Program-made: the position numbers and the translations under genes | The notes under the pieces: generated by a model | What the model was told of the DNA's origin: nothing | The model's database searches: none | Seen by the model: the letters and a program-made list of their open reading frames with translations, nothing else | Source: Balanoglossus misakiensis | Lineage: Eukaryota; Animalia; Hemichordata | NCBI GenBank assembly: GCA_040954595.2 | Contig: CM082586.2 | Location: 10,881,337-10,945,336 of the forward strand | Direction: 5' to 3' | DNA length: 64,000 nt | Part shown: in pieces, positions 36,439 through 50,000 of the stretch | Position numbering within the stretch: position 1 is the stretch's first letter | Layout: each line of letters opens with the position of its first letter

Positions 36439-38972
36439 TTAAAATTTTTTCATCGGTTTTACTTTAAAGGATGCCCACAAACTGCAACAGTAAATATTAC
36501 TACAATATGCCAAAAATAAAACTTTCTTCACATCTTGACTAAAATGTTGAAAATGTCTCAATAGCATGTTTGCTCTAACACAAAATGCTCTTCTCTGTCG
36601 TTCAATATCTTCATTATCACAACCCTCACAAGATATAACGTGGCCCAGATAGGTGTGTACAGGTACAAACTTTAAAGTGATGTCATTAAGTTTAACCGAA
36701 GGAATTCTTTGAACGCTCATATTCTTCCCATTAAAAAGCATGCACACAGTTTTACTAGAATTATAAATTATATCATAATCCTTGCCATAAATTTCACAAA
36801 TTCTAAGAAGACGGTGTAGACCCTTAATACTTGGACTGAGTAGAGTCATGTCGTCAGCGTAACCTAAAGTGTTAGCGCTGACACCACACATGGTACAGCC
36901 AACTTTGGCTTTACAGAGTGCATTGATAAGATCATCAATGTAGACATTAAAAAGATAGGGAGAGAGTACTCCCCCTTGTCTTACACCGTTAGAAACAGAA
37001 AACAACTCTGAGGTTTCATTACCCCACAACACAGTAAACAATTGATTTCTGTACCATTAAAGGTCACATGTCATGCTTTGGAAAGTTTTCATTTTTCCAC
37101 GTCAAAAGCTCACCTAGGGTACCTGTCTATGCATTGCCTATTGTGTCGGTTCCGAAAAATGTGCACGAATGCCGGAATTTGCCACCTTTTTTCATGCCTG
37201 TGATCGGGGAGCCACTTCGCACTCGAGCCAGGCGAAGGTATTTGCATATGGACAAACAAGTACACTATGTCGTAGTGTACCATTCTGTTTACAGTAAAGT
37301 GTAATTATCGGTCCATGAGTAATTAAGTCCACAGACAAAGATAAGCTATATAAACAGTGTTCAAAGCAAAGGAAGCCCTTGCCTCACATTGCAGGCAGAG
37401 GATTTACAAAGGTGTGAAAGACTATTTGTCCACATCAAGATAAGTCTTCGGCTTAACTTCGAAAAGCCAAAAAAAATCGACTGAGTTGGGTTAGGGGTAC
37501 ACGCCCACCCGCCACTTTTACTTGCTTGTTATCTAAGCACAAGGGGCAAAACGCATTGCAAGATAGTAACATACGTTAACTTCAAGACCCAAATAGTGAT
37601 TTTACGCGTGGTTGTATAGGGCATGGCATGGGACCTTTAATATAAAATTCGTACAGCATACAAGGGAACATTCCTGTCGATGAGCTTGTTAATCAGTTTA
37701 AAGTGATTAACTCTGTCAAAAGCTTTTGAAGCATCCAGAAAACAAGTAAACACTGGTCTTCCATTGCTGGTGTAGTAGCTAATGATTTCTTTAAATGCAA
37801 ATAAACACAGGTCAGTTGAATGTTCTCGCTTGAAACCAAATTGTAAATAATGAGAGGTAAGAAACTCCTCACAACGAGAAAGTAAAATAGGCTCAAAAAC
37901 TTTAGAGAAAACAGTTGCTAGTGCTATCGGCCGGTAGTTACTGGCATCACTACAAAGCTTAGTTTTATCCTTAATTGGAACTAAAATAACTTTGATAGCC
38001 TCAGTTTGCAGGTAACCATGAACAATCAAGTCAAAATGGGTAAAATAGAGGAGTCTGAGAATTTGAGGTGCTCAGCTGAAATATTGTCAATGCCAGCTGT
38101 CTTATCGTCAGGTAACTTATGTATAGCAGAAATTACTTCTTCTTCAGAAACATACATATCAGAAGAAAATTTAACATACTTCATTTTCTCCTCGATGTCA
38201 TTTTTACCAGTCTGAGCCTGGACAGAATTCAAAATATCACTGAAATGCTTGTGCCACATAATTGCAATTTCACTCTCACCAGTCGCTCCACCTACAGTGT
38301 CAGAAAGCGGCATTTTTCTGCTAGTTTGCTTTCTGACTTCCTTCCAGAAGTCGTTCTGTTTGTGGCAGCGTAAATTGTCAGCCATCTTGTCAGCCCTATT
38401 TTGATTCTCAATCTTTTTACAAGCACGTAAAGCATACTTAAAACGAGCTCTGGAAGATTTCATGGTTTCAAAAAGCGGGCCTTGTTAAGGTTTACCCCCA
38501 TTAACCCATAATAAAAACATGGAACGGGCATAGTCGTGACTTTCTTTTACAAAATCGTTCCAGCCATGCACAACATGAACTTTCTGGTGAAACTTACGCC
38601 TAATGGTATCTTTTGCAGCACAATTCAATGCGTCCACAACACTACTATAACAAGTATCAATTGCCTGTAAATGCGAAGGGTATGTACAGTTCACATTAGT
38701 GCAGAATAACTCTTCGGATATATTAATCTTATCAACCTTGGCTTTGGTACAACGGGTGTAGGCGGATATATTCTGCTGTGACAATTTTTTCCAATCAACT
38801 CGAAAATTACATTGCTTGAAGGAACTACTGCTGAAGCATTCATCAGCAGAAGTGTTGAAATGAACCTCTATTGAAACAGGAATATGGTCGGAGTCAACAA
38901 CATTGCAAAGACTCGAAATTGAAAGAACATTGCTATAAAAAATTTTAGTGGTAACACAGTGGTCAATCCAAA
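36439..38972 (-). mobile_element. Internal fragment of LINE ORF2 (APE C-terminus plus RT; CR1-group), pseudogenised
   Basis: WIDHCV...SDHIPV (APE), NYRPIAL, QFGFK, FLDASKAFDRVNH, GVRQGGVLSPYLFNVYIDDL, YADD, YLG. Contains stops and frameshifts and is split by a MITE. Confidence 0.95.
37061..37636. mobile_element. Non-autonomous TIR element with TTAA TSD (Kolobok-like) inserted in the LINE RT
   Basis: TTAA|AGGTCACATGTCATGC ... GCATGGCATGGGACCT|TTAA. The RT frame rejoins across the site. Confidence 0.92.
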
Positions 38973-40303
38973 CTCAGCGTAATTCAATAAAACGCCCTAA
39001 CACAGCCTGAACTCCGATAATGTGTTGTCCCAAAATTCATTCCGTGGAAAATAATCACTGGTCTGTTTACGTATTTCAGCCGATTTTCCAAGGACTACTG
39101 CAACCCGCCAGAAGTGAGTAGCCTGCTAATGAGATCTCCACAACATTACGTAATGACGGTCAAAGTCCGATGCCCCAGTGTCCGTCCTCAGCCCACCAAA
39201 AAATGCGAAAAAATATTACAAAAATCTTCTTCTCAAAATCGACGTGGCCTAGGACCTTGAAATTTGGCACAGGGGATTTTGGCCACATGGTCTACAAAAA
39301 TCGCGAAAAGAATGTACATGCCCCCATTAACGTGCAAATTAGGTCAATTTGAAAATTTCGCTCGATTATAGCCACAAAGTCACGTGACTAATTACAAATT
39401 CAAAGGGCAGGTGCACCAGTACTCATGGGCCCCAACCACCGTGCCAAATTTGGAGGCGCACCTGCCGGAATTTCAGAGAAAAACGGGCGCAAAAAAACGA
39501 CTCAAGAAGAAAGAAGACAAACTCCAGCAATAACAGAAGGGGACCAAGCGCCTGAGGGCTCTTGGTCCCCTAAATATGGGACTAAACTTGACAGATACCC
39601 GGAATATTTTCCTATTTAGGATACCTGGTTGCATTTCCACCTAAAGGCGTCCTATTGGCGTGGAAATTTTATAACTTGAAATCGTTTGACTGGGTGATAG
39701 GTATTAATATCTTATGATGTTATAAAACACTTGGCTCGCCAAAGGTAAGGACCGATTATAGCGTCAGTCGTGTCATAAAATCTATATGAACGTCATGGGT
39801 CAATAAACTTGATGGTCCAATAAAATTTAATGGTTCGTAAAACTATTGTGTCCAATGTCTGCAGAGTATACTGGCTGCAACATGTGTATGAGTCAGGATT
39901 AACGGCTGTAGCCATCAACCCAAAAGGTGAACGTCCTATTCTCACTAACTTAAATAGGTTTTGCGACCTAGTTGAGTGATAAAAACCTTATGATAAAGTC
40001 GACACAATTTCAAGATGACGATGTGCAAATGAGAGTTCATAAGCTAAAGTAAAGTTCAATGAATTCTATACAAAGTTCAAAAAAGATTTTTTACTAAAGG
40101 AAGACATGAACAAACTGATATCGTCTCTTCATATTCGTACATGTCCAACTGTTGTGATTTGACCCCCCCCCCCCCATGGTACATGAACCTATTACTTAGT
40201 ACACACTTAAACAATTGGCATTTGAAGTGCCTTGCTTGACAGTGTTTAATGCGGTGGTCAGCCGCGTTTATCTCTCGCCACTTCATGCATCATGTCGCCT
40301 TAA

Positions 40304-40623
40304 AGGGACAAACTCTCTCTCTCGTCGCCCTTTTCTATTAATTATGTTTGATACAAGACACCGTTTATATTAATGGGCATGTGTATATGTAGTGAATGAA
40401 CGTTCAACCACACACAACTTCCATCCTGCTTGTATGATATGAGAGTAAAAACTCGCCCAAAATGAATTAATGGTAGAGACCGATTTTTCAGTTTTGCGAG
40501 TTTTCGCTCTCGTGTCTACATGCGGGATAGAAGGTGTGTGCGGTTGAACGTTGCATCACTATATATCCACATTTACATTAATATAAACGGTGTTTTGTAT
40601 CAAACATGGAAAAGGGCAGCGAG
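40304..40623. mobile_element. Copy of the long-TIR TTAA MITE family
   Basis: ttaa|agggacaaactctctctctcgtcgccc...; homologous to 19205-19551, with the right end truncated. Confidence 0.85.
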
Positions 40624-41258
40624 TTAAGGATGTACGATCAGTAAAATTGAAAGCATTGTCATTTCTTTTAATCGTGAATTTTCGTTTCTGATTTGTATGT
40701 ATAATGAAAATCCATTTTGGGTCACTGCACTTGTTTTCGACTTTAAACAAGGCCGTGAATTTAGTCGACAATTGAAGAAAACTGCTAACGGTCAGCATTT
40801 TCTACCAATGGTTTGTCTATGGATACAATATTGAACAAAGTTTATCTCAAAATAGAGCGTGATGAATTTATTTTGATTTGTCGGAGCTATGTGTAAAATT
40901 TCATGAAAATGACAATAGTAGAAGTGAGTTTTCTAACTATTCTCCATGTACTCCTATGGGAAGAGACACAGGCGCACAGTTTACCAGTTGACGACCTCTA
41001 AAGAGTAAACGGGGGGGGGGATGATGAAAGGTTTAAGACTTACAGATCACAACTTAAAGAGCCATTCAGAAAGAGGCTTAGAGTGGAGTATCAAATCGGA
41101 CGATACCACTGACTGGTGGAGGAAGACAAAATAAGCAAACTGAGTAGATGAGTGCTCAGATTTCTTCAGAGGACCAAACGTTTCAAAGAATTATACGTGA
41201 CAATCCATGCCTGGTCCGTCAGTAGATATAAACAGAACATTGTGGCTGTATTCATTAA

Positions 41259-41549
41259 AGGGACAAAGTCTCTCTCTCGCTGCCCTTTTTCCATTAATTA
41301 TGTTTGATACAAGACTGCGTTTATATTATTCTACATGTGGATATAGTGAATCAACGTTCAACCATACACACCTTCCACCCCGCTTGTATAGACACGAGAG
41401 TTTTAAAAAGTAGCCAAAATGAATAAACGGTCTCTACCATTTATTCATTTCGGGCGAGTTTTTACTCTCGTATCATACAAGCCGGATGGAAGTTGTGTGT
41501 GGTTGAACGTTCATTCACTAACATAAACGGTGTCTTGTATCATGTCCCT
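41259..41549. mobile_element. Copy of the long-TIR TTAA MITE family (opposite orientation)
   Basis: ttaa|agggacaaagtctctctctcgctgccc ... tgtccct|ttaa. Confidence 0.85.
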
Positions 41550-42329
41550 TTAACACTTTTGAAGCATTTTACTAATGCTAACATGACTAGACCAATTGAA
41601 TGATGTTACATTGCAGGTTATCAACTCAGAGGGGCGTCTTGTTATAAAGCGGTACCTGACAAACAATCAGCTGGCAACGCTGAAAATACCTGTCAGTCGT
41701 AAGTATGAAAGTATACATCATTTGAGTAGAATTTTACGGGAGTTCCTAACAAGGCTTGGACATGTCACGCACAAATACAAAGGGCGCGTATAAAGACAGA
41801 CAAAACCTCGCTCAGTGTGAGGTGTTCAGCGATTGCATCTGATAAGTCGAAAATGCTTGATCACGTGTCATGTTCAGTTGGGAAATTGGATATGTCTCAG
41901 GCCAAAAAAACTAATATGTGCTATTCCGATTACATGGTTTTCAAAAATATTGTAGGTAGAAAGGGACATTTTTTTATTTTTCAATTTTTTTTATATCTTT
42001 GGCCGTCGTAGTGTAGAAGAATGACATCATAGTTCTTGCGTGATTCTCGCAATTTTCATGAATTGTTTTATATTTGACATCGTTATTTTTACTTCCGGTT
42101 TGCGAAGATCTAAACTGTTTTGGGTCGGCGGGCTAAAATTAGGGTAGTTCGGGTAATCGTTATGACATTGGGAGCTACGGCTGCAAAGCCATGTGTCTCG
42201 TGCGAAAAGGGCCCTTAACCTTTTGCAATATTTAACAGCAAACAACAGACAGTTTTGAGAATAAAAGGTTTCCGTCGTGTCTGACTTTCATATCGCATTA
42301 ATAGCATATCCCTAATTTTAAAGAAATTA

Positions 42330-42565
42330 GGAGAGACAGAGTGAAACAGGCAGAGTGGCAGACAGACACAAGCAGACAGACAGAGCAACATTCATCAGTA
42401 GAGACACTCACCGGTCGCTCGCTCGCTCGCTCACTCTCTCTCTCAGAGAGAGGGGGCAGACAGTCAGACAGACAGACGTTGACAGACAGTCAGTAAGTCA
42501 GTCAGCCAGTTAATCAGTCAGTCAGACGTCAAAGACACAGTGACACAAACACAGCGAGGGAGACA
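42330..42565. repeat. Compound degenerate microsatellite (GACA/GTCA/CGCT/CT)
   Basis: Visible simple-repeat tracts. Confidence 0.8.
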
Positions 42566-44050
42566 AAAGGACCTTTCATGCTTAAACCCCTCTTCTTCTG
42601 TTATAAACTTTGAAAACCGTTCGTTTTCAGATTGCAGATTGCTCGAATAACGCGGCACACTGCCGAAACAATAAAACAAATACTAGTGGGAGCTCATAAA
42701 ATAAAATCGCTCAACCATTCCGTCGTCCTGAGTGACCTCAGCCACATTAATTCCGACGTCTTTTTAGGGTCATGAAAAAAGTCACAAATAAGGTATTTCC
42801 CCTAGGTCCACCTGAAGCAAAAAGTTTTCGTTTCGACTCCATCATTCCGAATAGTAAGAAAGCAACAAAATTGAAAAGACAGATGTAAAATGCAATCTCT
42901 CTCACGTGGTAACGTTTGTAACTATGGCAATCACGGTACGTGTTCAGTACACAGACAGGGAGAAAAGTTTCCCCATGCAATACATGTGTTCAGTAAGGTT
43001 TGACCTTGGTTTTACTTTGTACCATGATCGCCGCTTTCTAAGCATGGATGAACGACGGCGGTCAGACCCAATCGAACCCTTTCATGTCAGATGACCACGG
43101 TATCTCCAGTGTGAGATGACATTTGACAAACCATTTGATTTCAACAAAATCTTCGCGTCGTCAACGCGTCGCATACCAGTCGCATATCGGTATTTACCCA
43201 ATCATAAAAGTTGGAAATTCGGGAGACTCGATCTGCAACCAAGTTGAGAGTAAATTTTGACGTTTGACTATTGGCAAGTAAACAGGTTACACAATGACTT
43301 GTCGGTTTTTCCTCCGTCATGGTCGTTCTTGACCCAAGTGTCCTTCCTTGACATTTAGACACACCTTGCGGTATGACCTTGGTGGTCATGTGCAATTAGT
43401 TTTCTTGTATAAGACGCTTTTCATGCCGGGGTAGACGACTTGTGCGTGGATCATCAACATTTCAGTGATATTTCAACGCAAAGTTTTAGCAATATTGAGA
43501 AAACAGGTAGTGAGGTGTCAAATGCATATCAATGTACGAAAATTAGGTCAAGCCACCCGACAGCAACCGCTTTCACACAGTGTCGGACGTTGCACGGAAT
43601 GTGAAACGTTACACTGCTTCGGCCGTTCACATGCACCTGGGCGTGGTTTTGGTCAAACGCCCCCACTTACTTTGGGCGTTTTCAATGGTAAATGTGTCGT
43701 ATTGATCGAAACCTTGCCGTAAACACATTTTTTTTGCTGAATCAACATTCAGAGTTCAGCCGTCTAGTTAACGAAGTATTGAAATAAGCCACTTGTTCAT
43801 CATTTTTTGTCTGTCAAACGTGTTTATTCGGACAGGGACCGGCCGCCAATGAGTGGTTTAGGGAGCCCACACGTACACTCTGGTACCTGGACAATTAACA
43901 AAGACATGACGTGTGTACCGTCCGGTTCGAAAAGATTGGTTTAAGGTAGTCCTGGTAACAGTCATCCTAACGAGGCCAGGGGAGGTCTCCAAGGGCGAAA
44001 TAAACAAAGCTACCGATGACGAGTCGAATTCGAATCGGACGATGCTTGTT

Positions 44051-47000
44051 TTCGACTTTGCAAAATCTCAAAATTTCGTCGTTTTTTGAAAAAAAATCAT
44101 GGGTGAAAATGCATCAAAAAATGAGAAATTTTCGACTTTGCAAAATCTCAAAATTTCGTCAATTTTGAAAAAAATCATGGGTGAAAATCATCAAAAAATG
44201 ACAAATTTTCGACTTTGCAAAATCTCAAAATTTCGTCGATTTTTGAAAAAAATCATGGGTGAAAATCATCAAAAAAATGACAAATTTTCGACTTTGCAAA
44301 ATCTCAAAATTTCGTCGATTTTTGAAGAAAATCATGGGTGAAAATCATCAAAAAATGACAAATTTTCGACTTTGCAAAATCTCAAAATTTTTTCGATTTT
44401 TGAAAAAAGACATGGGTGAAAATCATCAAAAAATGACAAATTTTCGACTTTGCAAAATCTCAAAATTTCGTCGATTTTTGAAAAAAATCATGGGGGAAAA
44501 TCATGAAAAAAATGACAAATTTTCCTCTTTGCAAAATCTCAAAATTTCGTCGATTTTTAAAAAAAGACATGGGTGAAAATCATGAAAAAATGACACATTT
44601 TCCTCTTTGCAAAATCTTAAAATTTCGTCGATTTTTGAAAAAAAAATCTTGGGTGAAAATCATCAAAAAATGACAAATTTTCGTCTTTGCAAAATCTCAA
44701 AATTTCGTCCATTTTTGAAAAAAATCATGGGTGAAAGTCATCAAAAAATGACAAATTTTCGACTTTGCAAAATCTCAACATTTCGTCAATTTTTGAAAAA
44801 ATCATGGGTGAAAATCATCAAAAAATGACAAATTTTCGACTTTGCAAAATCTCAAAATTTCGTCGATTTTTGAAAAAAATCATGGGGGAAAATCATGAAA
44901 AAATGACAAATTTTCCTCTCTGCAAAATCTCAAAATTTCGTCGATTTTTGAAAAAAAATCATGGGTGAAAATCATCAAAAAATGACAAATTTTCGTCTTT
45001 GCAAAATCTCAAAATTTCGTCCATTTTTGAAAAAAAATCATGGGTAAAAATCATCAAAAATGACAAATTGTCGTCTTTGCAAAATCTCAAATTTTCGTCG
45101 ATTTTTGCAAAAAAAATCATGGTTGAAAATCATCAAAAAATGACAAAATTTTCGACTTTGTAAAATCACAAAATTTCGTCGATTTTGAAAAAAATCATAG
45201 GTTCGTCGATTTTTAAAAAAAAAACATGGGTGAAAATCATCAAAAAATGACACATTTTCCTCTGCAAAATCTCAAAATTTCGTCGTTTTTTGAAAAAAAA
45301 TCATTGGTGAAAATCATCAAAAAATGACAAATTTTCGTCTTTGCAAAATCTCAAAATTTCGTCCATTTTTGAAAAAAAATCATGTGTGAAAATCATCAAA
45401 AAATGACAAATTTTGAAAAAAAAAAATGGTGAAAATCATCAAAAAATGACACATTTACGACTTTGCAAAATCTCAAAATTTCGTCGATTTTTGAAAAAAA
45501 ATCATGGGTGAAAATCATGAAAAAATGACAAATTTTGAAAAAAAAACGGGTGAAAATCATCAAAAAATGACACATTTTCGTCGACTTTGCAAAATCTCAA
45601 AATTTCGTCGATTTTTGAAAAAAATCATGGGGGAAAATCATGAAAAAATGACAAATTTTCCTCTGCAAAATCTCAAAATTTCGTCGATTTTTAAAAAAAG
45701 ACATGGGTGAAAATCATCAAAAAATAACAAATTTTCGACTTTGCAAAATCTCAAAATTTCGTCCATTTTTGAAAAAAAATCATGGGTAAAAATCATCAAA
45801 AAATGACAAATTTTCGTCTTTGCAAAATCTCACAATTTCGTCGATTTTTGAAAAAAATCATGTGTGAAAATCATCAAAAAATGACAAATTTTCGACTTTG
45901 CAAAATCTCAAAATTTCGTCAATTTTTGAAAAAATCATGGGTGAAAATCATCAAAAAATGACAAATTTTCGTCTTTGCAAAATCTCAAAATTTCGTCCAT
46001 TTTCGACTTTGCAAAATCTCAAAATTTCGTCCATTTCTGAAAAAAAATTATGGGTAAAAATCATCAAAAATGACAAATTTTCATCTTTGCAAAATCTCAA
46101 ATTTTCGTCGATTTTTGAAAAAAAATCATGGTTGAAAATCATCAAAAAATGACAAATTTTCGACTTTGCAAAATCTCAAAATTTCGTCCATTTTTGAAAA
46201 AAAATCATGGGTAAAAATCATCAAAAAATGACACATTTTCGACTTTGCAAAATCTCAAAATTTCGTCGATTTTTGAAAAAAAATCATGGGTGAAAATCAT
46301 CAAAAAATGACAAATTTTCGTCTTTGCAAAATCTCAAAATTTCGTCCATTTCTGAAAAAAAATTATGGGTAAAAATCATCAAAAATGACAAATTTTCATC
46401 TTTGCAAAATCTCAAATTTTCGTCGATTTTTGAAAAAAAATCATGGTTGAAAATCATCAAAAAATGACAAAATTTTCGACTTTGCAAAATCTCAAAATTT
46501 CGTCGATTTTTGAAAAAAATCATGGGGGAAAATCATGAAAAAATGACAAATTTTCCTCTTTGCAAAATCTTAACATTTCGTCGATTTTTGAAAAAAAATC
46601 ATGGGTGAAAATCATCAAAAAATGACAAATTTTCGTCTTTGCAAAATCTCAAAATTTCGTCCATTTTTGAAAAAAATCATGGGTGAAAATCATCAAAAAA
46701 TGACAAATTTTCGACTTTGCAAAATCTCAACATTTCGTCAATTTTTGAAAAAATCATGGGTGAAAATCATCAAAAAATGACAAATTTTCGACTTTGCAAA
46801 ATCTCAAAATTTCGTCGATTTTTGAAAAAAATCATGGGGGAAAATCATGAAAAAATGACAAATTTTCCTCTCTGCAAAATCTCAAAATTTCGTCGATTTT
46901 TGAAAAAAAATCATGGGTGAAAATCATCAAAAAATGACAAATTTTCGTCTTTGCAAAATCTCAAAATTTCGTCCATTTTTGAAAAAAAATCATGGGTAAA

Positions 47001-50000
47001 AATCATCAAAAATGACAAATTTTCGTCTTTGCAAAATCTCAAATTTTCGTCGATTTTTGAAAAAAAATCATGGTTGAAAATCATCAAAAAATGACAAAAT
47101 TTTCGACTTTGTAAAATCACAAAATTTCGTCGATTTTGAAAAAAATCATAGGTTCGTCGATTTTTAAAAAAAAAACATGGGTGAAAATCATCAAAAAATG
47201 ACACATTTTCCTCTGCAAAATCTCAAAATTTCGTCGTTTTTTGAAAAAAAATCATTGGTGAAAATCATCAAAAAATGACAAATTTTCGTCTTTGCAAAAT
47301 CTCAAAATTTCGTCCATTTTTGAAAAAAAATCATGGGTAAAAATCATCAAAAATGACAAATTTTCGTCTTTGCAAAATCTCAAATTTTCGTCGATTTTTG
47401 AAAAAAAATCATGGGGGAAAATCATGAAAAAATGACAAATTTTCCTCTTTGCAAAATCTCAAAATTTCGTCGATTTTTGAAAAAAATCATGGGTGAAAAT
47501 CATGAAAAAATGACAAATTTTCCTCTTTGCAAAATCTCAAAATTTCGTCGTTTTTTGAAAAAAATCATGTGTGAAAATCATCAAAAAATGACAAATTTTG
47601 AAAAAAAAAAACTGTTGAAAATCATCAAAAAATGACACATTTACGACTTTGCAAAATCTCAAAATTTCGTCGATTTTTGAAAAAAAATCATGGGTGAAAA
47701 TCATGAAAAAATGACAAATTTTGAAAAAAAAACGGGTGAAAATCATCAAAAAATGACACATTTTCGTCGACTTTGCAAAATCTCAAAATTTCGTCGATTT
47801 TTGAAAAAAATCATGGGGGAAAATCATGAAAAAATGACAAATTTTCCTCTGCAAAATCTCAAAATTTCGTCGATTTTTAAAAAAAGACATGGGTGAAAAT
47901 CATCAAAAAATAACAAATTTTCGACTTTGCAAAATCTCAAAATTTCGTCCATTTTTGAAAAAAAATCATGGGTAAAAATCATCAAAAAATGACAAATTTT
48001 CGTCTTTGCAAAATCTCACAATTTCGTCGATTTTTGAAAAAAATCATGTGTGAAAATCATCAAAAAATGACAAATTTTCGACTTTGCAAAATCTCAAAAT
48101 TTCGTCAATTTTTGAAAAAATCATGGGTGAAAATCATCAAAAAATGACAAATTTTCGTCTTTGCAAAATCTCAAAATTTCGTCCATTTTCGACTTTGCAA
48201 AATCTCAAAATTTCGTCCATTTCTGAAAAAAAATTATGGGTAAAAATCATCAAAAATGACAAATTTTCATCTTTGCAAAATCTCAAATTTTCGTCGATTT
48301 TTGAAAAAAAATCATGGTTGAAAATCATCAAAAAATGACAAAATTTTCGACTTTGCAAAATCTCAACATTTCGTCGATTTTTGAAAAAAATCATGGGTGA
48401 AAATCATCAAAAAATGACAATTTTTCGACTTTGCAAAATCTCAACATTTCGTCGATTTTTGAAGAAAATCATGGGTGAAAATCATCAAAAAATGACAAAT
48501 TTTCGACTTTGCAAAATCTCAAAATTTTTTCGATTTTTGAAAAAAGACATGGGTGAAAATCATCAAAAAATGACAAATTTTCGACTTTGCAAAATCTCAA
48601 AATTTCGTCGATTTTTGAAAAAAATCATGGGGGAAAATCATGAAAAAAATGACAAATTTTCCTCTTTGCAAAATCTCAAAATTTCGTCGATTTTTGAAAA
48701 AAATCATGGGTGAAAATCATCAAAAAAATGACAAATTTTCGACTTTGCAAAATCTCAAAATTTTGTTGATTTTTGAAAAAAATCATAGGTGAAAATCATC
48801 AAAAAATGACAAATTTTCGACTTTGCAAAATCTCAAAATTTCGTCAATTTTTGAAGAAAATCATGGGTGAAAATCATCAAAAAATGACAAATTTTCGACT
48901 TTGCAAAATCTCAAAATTTTTTCGATTTTTGAAAAAAGACATGGGTGAAAATCATCAAAAAATGACAAATTTTCGACTTTGCAAAATCTCAAAATTTCGT
49001 CGATTTTTGAAAAAAATCATGGGGGAAAATCATGAAAAAAATGACAAATTTTCCTCTTTGCAAAATCTCAAAATTTCGTCGATTTTTAAAAAAAGACATG
49101 GGTGAAAATCATCAAAAAATAACAAATTTTCGACTTTGCAAAATCTCAAAATTTCGTCCATTTTTGAAAAAAAATCATGGGTAAAAATCATCAAAAAATG
49201 ATACATTTTCGACTTTGCAAAATCTCAAAATTTCGTCGATTTTTGAAAAAAAATCATGGGTGAAAATCATCAAAAAATGACAAATTTTCGTCTTTGCAAA
49301 ATCTCAAAATTTCGTCCATTTCTGAAAAAAAATTATGGGTAAAAATCATCAAAAATGACAAATTTTCATCTTTGCAAAATCTCAAATTTTCGTCGATTTT
49401 TGAAAAAAAATCATGTTTGAAAATCATCAAAAAATGACAAAATTTTCGACTTTGCAAAATCTCAAAATTTCGTCGATTTTTGAAAAAAATCATGGGGGAA
49501 AATCATGAAAAAATGACAAATTTTCCTCTTTGCAAAATCTTAAAATTTCGTCGATTTTTGAAAAAAAATCATGGGTGAAAATCATCAAAAAATGACAAAT
49601 TTTCGTCTTTGCAAAATCTCAAAATTTCGTCCATTTTTGAAAAAAAATTATGGGTAAAAATCATCAAAAATGACAAATTTTCATCTTTGCAAAATCTCAA
49701 ATTTTCGTCGATTTTTGAAAAAAAATCATGGTTGAAAATCATCAAAAAATGACAAAATTTTCGACTTTGCAAAATCTCAACATTTCGTCGATTTTTGAAA
49801 AAAATCATGGGTGAAAATCATCAAAAAATGACAATTTTTCGACTTTGCAAAATCTCAACATTTCGTCGATTTTTGAAAAAAATCATGGGTGAAAATCATC
49901 AAAAAATGACAAATTTTCGACTTCGCAAAATCTCAAAATTTCGTCGATTTTTGAAAAAAATCATGGGTGAAAATAATCAAAAAATGACAAATTTTCGACT

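Larger units (their letters stand above)
34154..39575 (+). mobile_element. Large Helentron-like non-autonomous element hosting nested insertions
   Basis: 5' end aattaaagctgcaagcagcattgaatgggcccaagc. Diverged internal tandem blocks (36320-36435 vs 39050-39170). 3' hairpin ggggaccaag...cttggtcccc followed by taaata. Confidence 0.5.

Noticed and set aside
39597-39690. Possible continuation exon of the hAT transposase after the nested insertions
   Set aside because: An acceptor-like site exists, but the translation shows no HCxxH or other hAT motif and hits a stop.
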